64,000 bases of DNA from an uncultured virus (IMG/VR IMGVR_UViG_3300030085_003924) (taxonomy: Duplodnaviria; Heunggongvirae; Uroviricota; Caudoviricetes), in IMG/VR virus record IMGVR_UViG_3300030085_003924, positions 1 through 64,000 of that record. One strand, 5' to 3'. Position 1 is the stretch's first letter. Every line of letters begins with the position of its first letter. The position numbers and the translations under genes were made by a program. The notes beneath the pieces are model-generated. The model worked only from the letters and a program-made list of their open reading frames with translations. It had not been told where the DNA came from and searched no databases. This document shows positions 1 through 8,911 of this stretch, piece by piece.

Positions 1-2544
1 ACTAAAGAAGTTACGGTGGGTAAAGAAGATGTAAGTGTCGATTTCACACTTGTGATTGATGCACTTACTATGTCAGCACTCGAAGTACTAGCTTCAAGAG
101 CTGATGAAAGAACACCTGTTGCTTATACTACGGTTAGTAAAAAGGAAATGGAAGTAAGACTTGGTTCACAAGACATTCCAATGATTTTAAATACTACACC
201 AAGTGTATACGCAACTCAACAAGGTGGTGGTGCGGGTGATGCCCGTATCAATGTTCGTGGATTCAACCAACGAAATGTAGCAGTAATGATAAACGGAGTT
301 CCTCAAAATGATATGGAGAACGGATGGGTTTATTGGTCTAATTGGGATGGGGTAGGAGATGCTACTTCCTCAATTCAGATGCAAAGAGGTCTATCAGCTG
401 TTAATCTAGCTACACCTTCAATTGGTGGAACTATGAACATCATTACCGATCCTGCTCAGCATGAAAAGGGTGGAAAGGTAAAACAAGAAGTTGGTGAAGG
501 TGGTTTTCTAAAAACAACTCTAAACTATAACTCAGGTTTAATCGGTGATAAACTAGCACTTAGTGGAACGATAGTTCGTAAAACTGGTGATGGATTCATT
601 GATGGAACTTGGACAGATGCTTGGGCATACTACTTCGGTGGTTCTTACGCCCTAAGTAACAAACAAAGGTTTGAGTTGTATGCTATTGGAGCACCACAAC
701 GACACGGACAGAATCTATACAAACAAAATATCGCAACCTACTCACAAGAGTTGGCTAAAGATATTGGGTTTGATGACGAAGGTAATGGCTACGATCCAAC
801 AGCATTTGCTGAAGGTGAGAAGTTTGAAACCGAAGCTGGTAGATTCTTCAATCAAAATGTCGCACCCATAAATTCAGATTATAAAGGACAACAATATTGG
901 TATATGTACGGAGCTCGTACAACTGATAGATTTAGTCCTGATTTTCTGAATGAAAGAGAAAACTTCTTTCATAAACCATTAGTTAACCTTAACCATTTCT
1001 TAACCATTAACGACCAAACAAGACTAAGTTCAGTATTGTATTGGAGTGGTGGTTCTGGTGGTGGTACAGGAACTTATGGTAGTGTATCTCGTAAACCAGC
1101 AGTCGAAGGAGAACCTTGGTACGCAAGTTCACCTTGGACATGGGATTGGGATGCTGAGATTGCTCAGAACTCTGCTAATGTAGATTCTGCTTTCTCTGAT
1201 GTTGAAAATCGTTCAACTGGTATTCTTCGTAATTCAATCAATAGACAAAACACTATTGGTTTAATCTCAAAGTTAAACTATGATGTGTCAGACGAACTTG
1301 AAGTTCAAGTTGGTATTGATTGGAGAACAGCGGGTATCGAACACGCTCGTGAGGTTCGTGATCTTTTAGGTGGAGACTACTATGTAGATTACGCCGATGA
1401 TAACGCACCTGATGGTAAGAGAGTTGGACTTGGTGATATTATCGCTTATCATAATGAAACCACAGTTGATTGGATTGGTGGATTTGTTCAAGGTAACTAC
1501 ACAACAGATAAACTTAACCTATATGGTATGGGTGGAGTTTCATCTATTAAGTATACCTATGAAGATCATTTCGCTGTTAACAAAGATGAAGATGGAAACG
1601 ATATCGACAACTTTGTATCAGCACCTGCAATCAATACTTTCCAAGTAAAAGGTGGAGCATCATACAATTTAGACGATAGACTTTCAGCTTTCGTCAATAC
1701 TGGATATGTTCAAAAACCACCAATCTTGGATAATGTGATTGACTATGATGGTAATGTTTCACAGAATCCTGATAACGAGAAGTTCATCTCAACTGAAATA
1801 GGTGGTGAGTACAGAAGTGGATTGGTTGCTATCAAGGGTAGTTATTATAACACTCAATGGAAAGATAGAAACCTTACCAAATCTGTAACCACAGGCCAAG
1901 GTGATTCAGGTGATACTGATATCATTTACTTAACTGGTGTGAATCAAAGTCATAGTGGTTTCGAGATAGAGTCTAAAGTGGCTCTACACGAAATGGTTGA
2001 CTTAGATGTAGCAGTTAGTATTGGTGATTGGTATTTCGATGGTGACGCAAAAGGTGATTATACAGAAATGGAATACAATGATGATAACCAAATTATTGGT
2101 CAGACTTCTACGGAATATGAATATGCATTAAACAATCTTAAAGTTGGTGATATGCCACAGACATCATATGTTGGTGGTTTAACAATTAAACCAATTAAGG
2201 GATTAAGTGTACAAGGACTTTACAAATATTATGACAATCATTATTCTGATTGGAGTCCTGATTCTCGTGAGGTTGATGGTGACGCAGATAGAGCACAAGT
2301 ATGGAAAACTCCATCTTATGGTAAGTTAGATTTTCATGTAGCTTATAGTTTACCAAAGATTGGTGGATACGACTTTACTCTAACAGGTCATCTATTTAAC
2401 GCACTTGACGAAGTATTCGTTCAAGACGCGGTTGATAACTCTAAGTATAATGGGTATGGTGATAAACTTCACCTAGCTCATAACGCTGAAGTTTTCTTGG
2501 GAACACCAAGAAGTTTCAACTTAGGACTTAGTGTTAATTTCTAA
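1..2544 (+). CDS. TonB-dependent outer-membrane receptor (5' end lies upstream of window)
   Basis: Plug motifs (INVRGFNQRNVAVMINGVPQND; IQMQRG...SIGGTMNIIT), beta-barrel body, C-terminal PRSFNLGLSVNF ending in Phe; frame 1 is open from base 1. Confidence 0.92.
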   Translation, partial: TKEVTVGKEDVSVDFTLVIDALTMSALEVLASRADERTPVAYTTVSKKEMEVRLGSQDIPMILNTTPSVYATQQGGGAGDARINVRGFNQRNVAVMINGVPQNDMENGWVYWSNWDGVGDATSSIQMQRGLSAVNLATPSIGGTMNIITDPAQHEKGGKVKQEVGEGGFLKTTLNYNSGLIGDKLALSGTIVRKTGDGFIDGTWTDAWAYYFGGSYALSNKQRFELYAIGAPQRHGQNLYKQNIATYSQELAKDIGFDDEGNGYDPTAFAEGEKFETEAGRFFNQNVAPINSDYKGQQYWYMYGARTTDRFSPDFLNERENFFHKPLVNLNHFLTINDQTRLSSVLYWSGGSGGGTGTYGSVSRKPAVEGEPWYASSPWTWDWDAEIAQNSANVDSAFSDVENRSTGILRNSINRQNTIGLISKLNYDVSDELEVQVGIDWRTAGIEHAREVRDLLGGDYYVDYADDNAPDGKRVGLGDIIAYHNETTVDWIGGFVQGNYTTDKLNLYGMGGVSSIKYTYEDHFAVNKDEDGNDIDNFVSAPAINTFQVKGGASYNLDDRLSAFVNTGYVQKPPILDNVIDYDGNVSQNPDNEKFISTEIGGEYRSGLVAIKGSYYNTQWKDRNLTKSVTTGQGDSGDTDIIYLTGVNQSHSGFEIESKVALHEMVDLDVAVSIGDWYFDGDAKGDYTEMEYNDDNQIIGQTSTEYEYALNNLKVGDMPQTSYVGGLTIKPIKGLSVQGLYKYYDNHYSDWSPDSREVDGDADRAQVWKTPSYGKLDFHVAYSLPKIGGYDFTLTGHLFNALDEVFVQDAVDNSKYNGYGDKLHLAHNAEVFLGTPRSFNLGLSVNF

Positions 2545-2553
2545 AAGTAAATT

Positions 2554-2583
2554 TGGGGGTTTGAAATATAGCCCCCATTTTTT
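2554..2583 (+). terminator. Rho-independent terminator
   Basis: Stem TGGGGGTT/AGCCCCCA with 8-nt loop followed by TTTTTT, 10 nt after the receptor stop codon. Confidence 0.8.
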
Positions 2584-2598
2584 ACAATGGAGAATTAT

Positions 2599-3582
2599 AT
2601 GCATAAATTAGAATACTTGTGGTTGGATGGTTGTAGTCCAACACAAATAAGATATAAAACAAAAGTAGTAAAAGATTTTGGTAAAAAAGATGCACCCATT
2701 TGGGGATTTGATGGAAGTTCAACAGAACAGGCAGATGGAAACAATTCTGATTGTGTTTTAAAGCCAGTTAGGTACTATCCTAATCCATTAGAGGTGAATA
2801 GTTCAATAGTATTGTGTGAGGTATGGAATGTAAATGATACACCACATGAAACAAATACACGAAGATTATTAGAGGAAACCATTGCAGATTTAGAGGGGTA
2901 TTATGATGAATGGGTGGGTTTTGAACAAGAATATACATTGTTTGATGGTTCAGTACCATTAGGATGGCCATCAAATGGAGAACCAGCTCCACAAGGGGAT
3001 TATTATTGTGGTAGAAATATAGGTGAAAAGATTTCAAGAGAACATTTAAATGCTTGTATCGAAGCTGGTATCAGTATTTGTGGTACAAACGCAGAAGTGA
3101 TGTTAGGTCAATGGGAATATCAGATTGGTGCAGGTGGTTCAATACATATAAGTGATGATTTATGGGTTGCTCGTTGGTTATTGGAAAGAATTTGTGAGAA
3201 ACATGATGTATCAGTTTCATTACATCCAAAACCAATCGAAGGAGATTGGAATGGTGCAGGTTGTCATACCAATTTCTCTACAAACTATATGAGAGATGAA
3301 GGTGGGTATTTAGAGATAATAAATGCATGTGAAAAATTAGGTGAATTTACAAAAGAACATTTAAAAGAGTATGGTGAAGATAATGAAAAACGACTTACTG
3401 GAGAACATGAAACTTGTTCTATTGACGAATTCCGTTACGGAGTTTCAGATAGGGGAGCTTCAATTCGTATTCCGTGGCAGGTAGAAGTAGATGGTTGTGG
3501 TTATTTAGAAGATAGACGACCATCATCAAATTGTGATCCATACAAGGTTAGTGCTAGATTAATTAAAACAATATGTAAATAA
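2599..3582 (+). CDS. glnII: Glutamine synthetase type II
   Basis: LEYLWLDG, WGFDGSST, GFEQEY, NAEVMLGQWEYQIG, HPKP..GDWNGAGCHTNFST, RLTGEHET, RGASIRIP, GYLEDRRP; start placed at ATG 2599 behind GGAG (ORF track starts 2587). Confidence 0.93.
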   Translation: MHKLEYLWLDGCSPTQIRYKTKVVKDFGKKDAPIWGFDGSSTEQADGNNSDCVLKPVRYYPNPLEVNSSIVLCEVWNVNDTPHETNTRRLLEETIADLEGYYDEWVGFEQEYTLFDGSVPLGWPSNGEPAPQGDYYCGRNIGEKISREHLNACIEAGISICGTNAEVMLGQWEYQIGAGGSIHISDDLWVARWLLERICEKHDVSVSLHPKPIEGDWNGAGCHTNFSTNYMRDEGGYLEIINACEKLGEFTKEHLKEYGEDNEKRLTGEHETCSIDEFRYGVSDRGASIRIPWQVEVDGCGYLEDRRPSSNCDPYKVSARLIKTICK

Positions 3583-3597
3583 AATAGGAGAAACAAA

Positions 3598-4068
3598 ATG
3601 GCAGATTTAGATTTTTCATCAATGACTAAAGATGAAATAGAAGAATATGGAAGGGAAGTTGGTATTGAGTTAGACAAGAGACACTCAAAGGCTGACTTAA
3701 TAGATGAACTCAACCAGCATCTCGAAGATGAAGTTGAGGAAGTCGAAGTAGAAGATGAGGTAGAAGATGAGGTTGAGGAAGTCGAAGTAGAAGATGAGGT
3801 AGAAGATGAGGTTGAAGAAGTGGTAGAAATTGAACCATTGGTTGAAGATATACCCGAAATAGAAGTAGACCAAGACTCTAAATTAGATGCAGCTAGAACT
3901 CAGGCAACTCATCATATATTGAGTGAACATATTAAAGGTGGAATTCAAGTATCAGCTGCGTCACATGAAAGAGTAGAAACTCTGGCAAAACAAATACACA
4001 TCAACAGAGAAAAGGCAGAAAAAAATTCTCAAAAGGTACTTGAGAAATTAGCAAAAGAAGAACAATAA
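3598..4068 (+). CDS. Acidic protein with N-terminal Rho-N/HeH-like helical domain and Glu/Asp/Val repeats
   Basis: DFSSMTKDEIEEYGREVGIELDKRHSKADLIDEL pattern; AGGAG SD; EDEVEEVEVEDEV repeats. Confidence 0.6.
   Translation: MADLDFSSMTKDEIEEYGREVGIELDKRHSKADLIDELNQHLEDEVEEVEVEDEVEDEVEEVEVEDEVEDEVEEVVEIEPLVEDIPEIEVDQDSKLDAARTQATHHILSEHIKGGIQVSAASHERVETLAKQIHINREKAEKNSQKVLEKLAKEEQ
3724..3821 (+). repeat. 39-bp in-frame tandem repeat, about 2.5 copies
   Basis: GAAGATGARGTTGAGGAAGTCGAAGTAGAAGATGAGGTA at 3724 and 3763, partial copy at 3802. Confidence 0.9.
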
Positions 4069-4084
4069 TATTAGCAAAAAAACA

Positions 4085-4122
4085 CTTGATTATTTCGGAT
4101 ATATTTCGTAAGATCAAGTATA
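4085..4122 (+). promoter_or_regulatory. Sigma70-like promoter (class A) upstream of DNA polymerase
   Basis: TTGATT-17 nt-TAAGAT with TTCG just before the -10 and CAAGTATA after; near-identical architecture at 40321. Confidence 0.7.
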
Positions 4123-4137
4123 AACTAAGAGGTTACA

Positions 4138-6645
4138 TTGTACCAAAACATATATTACGAAAGTCGTAAGAATAAAGTACATATATGGGATGACAAGAGT
4201 GGTCATGTAATCGTGCCTTATAAAAGGTACGCTTACATAAAAGATAATTATGGAACTCATGTTTCTCTATATGGTGATAGGTTAAAAAAGACATATAAGT
4301 GGGATAAAAGTGTAGAAGGATTACACGAAAGTGACATCAATCCTGAAACACGAACTCTTATTGATATGTACACTAATAGTGATGAACCATCAGTAGGACA
4401 TCGTATTATGATAATCGATATTGAGGTAGAAGTAACCGAAGGTTTTCCAAGTCCACAAAAGGCAGAAAATAAAGTTACTTCTATCGCAATACATGATAGC
4501 GAAACCGACCATTATTGGTGTTTTGTTCTTGATGAGAAAGAAAAACTTGTTCCTGATGAATGGGGGAAGAATGTAAGTGTAGAAACATTCGATAATGAGT
4601 TTGCTTTATTACAAAGGTTTTATGCTAAATATTTAGAAATGAGACCAACCATAATAACAGGTTGGAACATAGATGGTTTTGATATTCCATATCTTTATAA
4701 TCGTTCAGTTCAGATAGTTGGACAAAGTGTTGCTGATTGTCTTTCACCAATTTCAAATGTTTATTGGAATAAATTTCGTGAGAGATTTATGATAGCAGGT
4801 GTGAGTTGTTTAGATTATCTAGCGTTATATAAAAACTTCACATTTAGTTCCAAACCAAGTTATAGATTGGATGATATTGGTGTATCAGAAGTTGGAACAA
4901 ATAAGATTTCATACGAAGGAACACTAAATGACCTATATGAAAATAACTTAAATGATTTTGTAAAATATAACATACACGATGTTAGAATTGTAAAGAAGTT
5001 AGATGATAAGTTAGACTTTATAGATGTCGCTCGAGGTATTTGTCATGTAGGTCATGTTCCGTATGAAGATATACAATATGACTCAAGATTTTTGGAAGGT
5101 GCTATATTGGTGTATCTGAAAAAACTCGGTGTTGTAGCTCCAAACAAAACACCAAGAGATGATGTGAAGAAAGATGGTAAGTTTACAGGAGCTTATGTTC
5201 AGGACCCACAGAAAGGTAAACACGATTGGGTTTATGACTTGGATATCACAAGTATGTATCCATCAATCATTATGAGTTTGAATATATCACCTGAAACAAA
5301 GATTGGTAAAATTGAAGGGTGGAATCCAAAGGAATTTATTAGTGGTAGGAATAAAACTTATTCTATCATTATGAATGGTAAGAAAAAAGGACAATTTACT
5401 GAAACTGAATTGAAGGATTTCTTTGATAAAAATCATGTGTCAGTATCCAACAATGGTATTATATATAGAACTGATAAAAAAGGATTGATTCCAACATTAT
5501 TAGCAGAGTGGTTTGACAAGCGAAAAGAGTTTAGGAAACTGGCCAAAAAGTTTGGTGATGCTGGTGATGAAGAACAATATGGTTATTTTAACAGACGACA
5601 ACATATTCAAAAGATTGTGTTGAACTCCATGTATGGTGTATTGGGTTTACCTGTATTTAGATTCTATGATTTGGATAACGCCGAGGCCACTACAAAAACA
5701 GGTCAAGAGTTAATAAAATTTACCAAAAAAATTGGTAATCATTTCTATAATAAGGAATTGGGTACGGATAAAGACTATTGTATTTACATAGATACCGATT
5801 CTGTATTTTATTCGGCAGTTCCATTGGTTAAAAAACGATTTCCAAATACAGAGTTGAGTGATGTAATGATGACACAAAGAATTAATGAGATAGCAACTGA
5901 GGTTCAAGGTTATCTCAACGATAGTTACAATTACTTCGCTAAGAAGTTCTGTAATCTTGATAAACATCGTTTTGAAATCAAACAAGAGATTGTAGCAAAG
6001 TCAGGTTTGTTCATCGTGAAAAAAAGATATGGTATGAAGATTATATCGGATAATGGTGTTCAAGTAAACAAGACTATGGTAAAGGGATTAGATACGGTTC
6101 GTAGTAATTTCGCACCACTATTTAGAAAACTATTATCAGATGTATTGGATGATATTTTAGCAAGTGTTCCAAAAGATAAGATAGACCATAGAATAACACG
6201 ATTCAGAAAGAATATGAAATATAATGAACTTGACGATATCTCATCACCAACGGGTGTAAAGGGAATATGGAAATATATGGAAAAACAAGATAAAGAAAAT
6301 AGTTCTGTGTTTACCACATTTAAAAAGGGAACTCCTGTTCATGTAAAAGCAGCAATAGCATATAATGACTTGGTTAGATATTTTAAACAAGATAAAAAAT
6401 ATCAATTCATAAATAATGGAGATAAGATTCGTTGGGTGTATTTGAAGAATAATCCATTGGGTTTAAATGCAGTTGCTTATAAAGGACATGAGGACCCACC
6501 TGAGATACTTAGATTTATAAATGACCATATTGACCATGATAAGATATATGGACAAGCATTAACTAAAAAATTACAAATGTTCTACGATTGTTTGGATTGG
6601 GGAAAGCCAGTAGATGAAGAACAGAGTATAGAAAGATTTTTTTGA
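4138..6645 (+). CDS. polB: Family B DNA polymerase with 3'-5' exonuclease (T4 gp43-like)
   Basis: ExoI DIEV, ExoII WNIDGFDIPY, ExoIII YNIHDV, Pol motifs DLDITSMYPSII, KIVLNSMYG, YIDTDS, KKRY; TTG start after GAGGT. Confidence 0.97.
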   Translation: MYQNIYYESRKNKVHIWDDKSGHVIVPYKRYAYIKDNYGTHVSLYGDRLKKTYKWDKSVEGLHESDINPETRTLIDMYTNSDEPSVGHRIMIIDIEVEVTEGFPSPQKAENKVTSIAIHDSETDHYWCFVLDEKEKLVPDEWGKNVSVETFDNEFALLQRFYAKYLEMRPTIITGWNIDGFDIPYLYNRSVQIVGQSVADCLSPISNVYWNKFRERFMIAGVSCLDYLALYKNFTFSSKPSYRLDDIGVSEVGTNKISYEGTLNDLYENNLNDFVKYNIHDVRIVKKLDDKLDFIDVARGICHVGHVPYEDIQYDSRFLEGAILVYLKKLGVVAPNKTPRDDVKKDGKFTGAYVQDPQKGKHDWVYDLDITSMYPSIIMSLNISPETKIGKIEGWNPKEFISGRNKTYSIIMNGKKKGQFTETELKDFFDKNHVSVSNNGIIYRTDKKGLIPTLLAEWFDKRKEFRKLAKKFGDAGDEEQYGYFNRRQHIQKIVLNSMYGVLGLPVFRFYDLDNAEATTKTGQELIKFTKKIGNHFYNKELGTDKDYCIYIDTDSVFYSAVPLVKKRFPNTELSDVMMTQRINEIATEVQGYLNDSYNYFAKKFCNLDKHRFEIKQEIVAKSGLFIVKKRYGMKIISDNGVQVNKTMVKGLDTVRSNFAPLFRKLLSDVLDDILASVPKDKIDHRITRFRKNMKYNELDDISSPTGVKGIWKYMEKQDKENSSVFTTFKKGTPVHVKAAIAYNDLVRYFKQDKKYQFINNGDKIRWVYLKNNPLGLNAVAYKGHEDPPEILRFINDHIDHDKIYGQALTKKLQMFYDCLDWGKPVDEEQSIERFF

Positions 6646-6682
6646 TTTTGGTAAATAACTTTGATATATATGTATATATCAA
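6644..6682 (+). promoter_or_regulatory. Class B promoter-like motif overlapped by a perfect 10-bp inverted repeat
   Basis: GATTTTG-13 nt-ATATATAT; TTGATATATA-TG-TATATATCAA palindrome at 6661-6682. Confidence 0.6.
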
Positions 6683-6704
6683 CTAATATAAGGAGAAATG
6701 ATAA

Positions 6705-7424
6705 ATGAATAAATACAAATTAACTCGATTCATTGATAAGTACCATTTAGGTGGTAATGTGAATGCAGTAGTTATCAATAGTAAAGGAGATAGTCTTTCG
6801 ACTCGATTCATTACTGGTGATAAGGCACTACTTGGTGAATTAAAAATGAATAATTGGACATTCGAAGATTCAGAATTAGGAGTTTACGATACAGAACAAC
6901 TTAGTAGATTACTTGGTGTTTTGGATGATGATGTAACTCTTAATTTGACTCAATCAGGAGATAAAGCTATCGCTGTGGAGATTTCTGATTCATTATCTAA
7001 GGTCAACTTTATGTTGTCGGATAAATCAGTAATCAACCAACCACCAGCCTTAAAACAACTTCCTGAATTTCAAGTTGAGATAAAAGTGGATGCTAATTTC
7101 ATTCAGAGATTCATTAGTGGTAAATCTGCATTACCTGATACCGATACCTTTACGGTTATTACCGATGATGATGGAGTGAAACTTGTAATAGGTTATTCTT
7201 CAATTAATACAAATAGAGTTACGATTCCTGTTGAGACTACATCGTCATCCGACATAGAAAAGGTTTCTTTTAACGCAAATCTATTTAAAGATGTTCTTAC
7301 TGCAAATAAAGAATGTGAAAGTGCGACATTATATGTTGCTCAAGATGGTTTGTCAAAAATCAATTTTAAGGTTGATGATTATGACGCAACTTACTACCTC
7401 GTAGCAGTTCAGGATGTCGATTAA
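6705..7424 (+). CDS. DNA polymerase sliding clamp (gp45/PCNA-like)
   Basis: 239 aa, directly after polB; LGVYDTEQLSRLLGVL resembles the gp45 IYDL..FL..L motif; C-terminal YYLVA strand. Confidence 0.8.
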   Translation: MNKYKLTRFIDKYHLGGNVNAVVINSKGDSLSTRFITGDKALLGELKMNNWTFEDSELGVYDTEQLSRLLGVLDDDVTLNLTQSGDKAIAVEISDSLSKVNFMLSDKSVINQPPALKQLPEFQVEIKVDANFIQRFISGKSALPDTDTFTVITDDDGVKLVIGYSSINTNRVTIPVETTSSSDIEKVSFNANLFKDVLTANKECESATLYVAQDGLSKINFKVDDYDATYYLVAVQDVD

Positions 7425-8391
7425 TTTCGACAACTTCCCAACTTTTAGTGAAGAACATTTTCATACTTGGATAAATGAATTAACACCGATTGAAGAACAC
7501 AAAGGTTATCTTGTCAAAAGGGATGACCTTTTCAATCTCGGTGGAGTTAGTGGAGGCAAAGTTAGACAATGTTCTAAACTTGTCTATGATAATTTAGACC
7601 ACATTAAAAACGATTGTAATGGTGGGATATTAACTGCTGCTGGTATACCATCACCACAAAGTTGTATCACATCAGCAGTTGCTAAGTATTTTGGATTAAA
7701 ATGTTTGGTTACAATACCACATTATCCAGATCACATTAGAGATAGTTATAGAGTGAATGCTTCGTTATCTCAAAAGTTTGGTGCCAAAGTATATGGTGTA
7801 GGGAATCCGAATATATCGGGTCCCGAACTTGATGCTAAAAAGTTGGTTGGTGAAACAGGTTATTTTCAGATAAAATTTGGAATGAATGGAAAACAAGTGA
7901 TGGAAACTATTGCTCAACAAGTGAAAAATATTCCTGACTGTGTAGATACCGTTGTGGGAATAGCTGGAAGTGGATTGTCTATGTTAGGTGTAGCATTAGG
8001 TTGTAAGTTGTATAACAAAAATGTTAAAACTATCCATCCTGTAGCATTGAGTGGTTATATTGATAAAAACAAAAAAATGTGGTATGATCGTCTCAGTCAA
8101 GATCTTAAATTTGACGGAGAATTTCATGTGGTTCAGTCAGAATATCCATATCAACATAAATTGAAATTGGATGAATCTTTACCACTTGACCAAACATATG
8201 AGGCAAAGGCATGGGATTGGATGGTAAAGAACTTAGAACCATCTGAAAAGGTTTTGTTTTGGGATGTTGGTATCAAAGAGTATGACTTAGAATACATCGA
8301 ACCAATAAATTGGCACAAATCAGAATACGAAAAAATCATTGATAGAGAACTAAGAAGGAAACATGAGCAAGTCGAACACAACTTTTTCTAA
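7414..8391 (+). CDS. PLP-dependent fold-type II enzyme (ACC deaminase/D-cysteine desulfhydrase-like)
   Basis: LVKRDDL...GGKVRQ (PLP lysine), AGSGLS phosphate loop, LDQTYEAKAW, LFWDVG. Confidence 0.8.
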   Translation: MSINFDNFPTFSEEHFHTWINELTPIEEHKGYLVKRDDLFNLGGVSGGKVRQCSKLVYDNLDHIKNDCNGGILTAAGIPSPQSCITSAVAKYFGLKCLVTIPHYPDHIRDSYRVNASLSQKFGAKVYGVGNPNISGPELDAKKLVGETGYFQIKFGMNGKQVMETIAQQVKNIPDCVDTVVGIAGSGLSMLGVALGCKLYNKNVKTIHPVALSGYIDKNKKMWYDRLSQDLKFDGEFHVVQSEYPYQHKLKLDESLPLDQTYEAKAWDWMVKNLEPSEKVLFWDVGIKEYDLEYIEPINWHKSEYEKIIDRELRRKHEQVEHNFF

Positions 8392-8911
8392 AGCTTGGTT
8401 AGAAAAAAAGATAATGTGTGGTTTATGTAACTTTGGTTGCTGTAACCACAATTCTTTTCATGTCGAGATTACAGAACAAGAACAAGAAAAGTATAGAAAA
8501 AAGTTTGGATTGGATTTAGAACTCGAATGGTCACAAGATGGATGTTGTGATTTGTTGAGTGAGGATGGAAGTGGTTGTAGTTTAGGAAATGAAAGACCTA
8601 TATTTTGTAAAACATATCCATTAGTAGAGAATAAATCAGGTCGTGTGGTGATTAACAATTGGGCATATTTACATTGTCCAAAACCTGATAACTATGAGTT
8701 GGATAAGGTAGTGGATGGGAAATATCACTACAAGTTGAAAAAGAAACATAAGAATAAACGAGATGAATTAATACTTGATGATAAGATGGAAAATGTGGTC
8801 AAACAGATTTGGTTACAATCAAAGGAAGCACTTATTGAAACCTATGGTGAAGAATTTTATGAAAAAATAAAAAATGAAATGAAACAAACAATTAAACACG
8901 AGTTCTTTTAA
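8363..8911 (+). CDS. YkgJ/CxxCxxCC-family cysteine-cluster (Fe-S or Zn) protein
   Basis: CGLCNFGCC ... CCDLL...CSL..ERPIFCKTYP ... CP. Confidence 0.75.
   Translation: MSKSNTTFSKAWLEKKIMCGLCNFGCCNHNSFHVEITEQEQEKYRKKFGLDLELEWSQDGCCDLLSEDGSGCSLGNERPIFCKTYPLVENKSGRVVINNWAYLHCPKPDNYELDKVVDGKYHYKLKKKHKNKRDELILDDKMENVVKQIWLQSKEALIETYGEEFYEKIKNEMKQTIKHEFF

Noticed and set aside
3724..3821. 39-bp repeats as a CRISPR array
   Set aside because: Tandem with no spacers and in frame within a coding sequence
4138..6645. Intein or intron in the DNA polymerase
   Set aside because: Length and motif spacing are normal, with no splice-junction or homing endonuclease motifs seen
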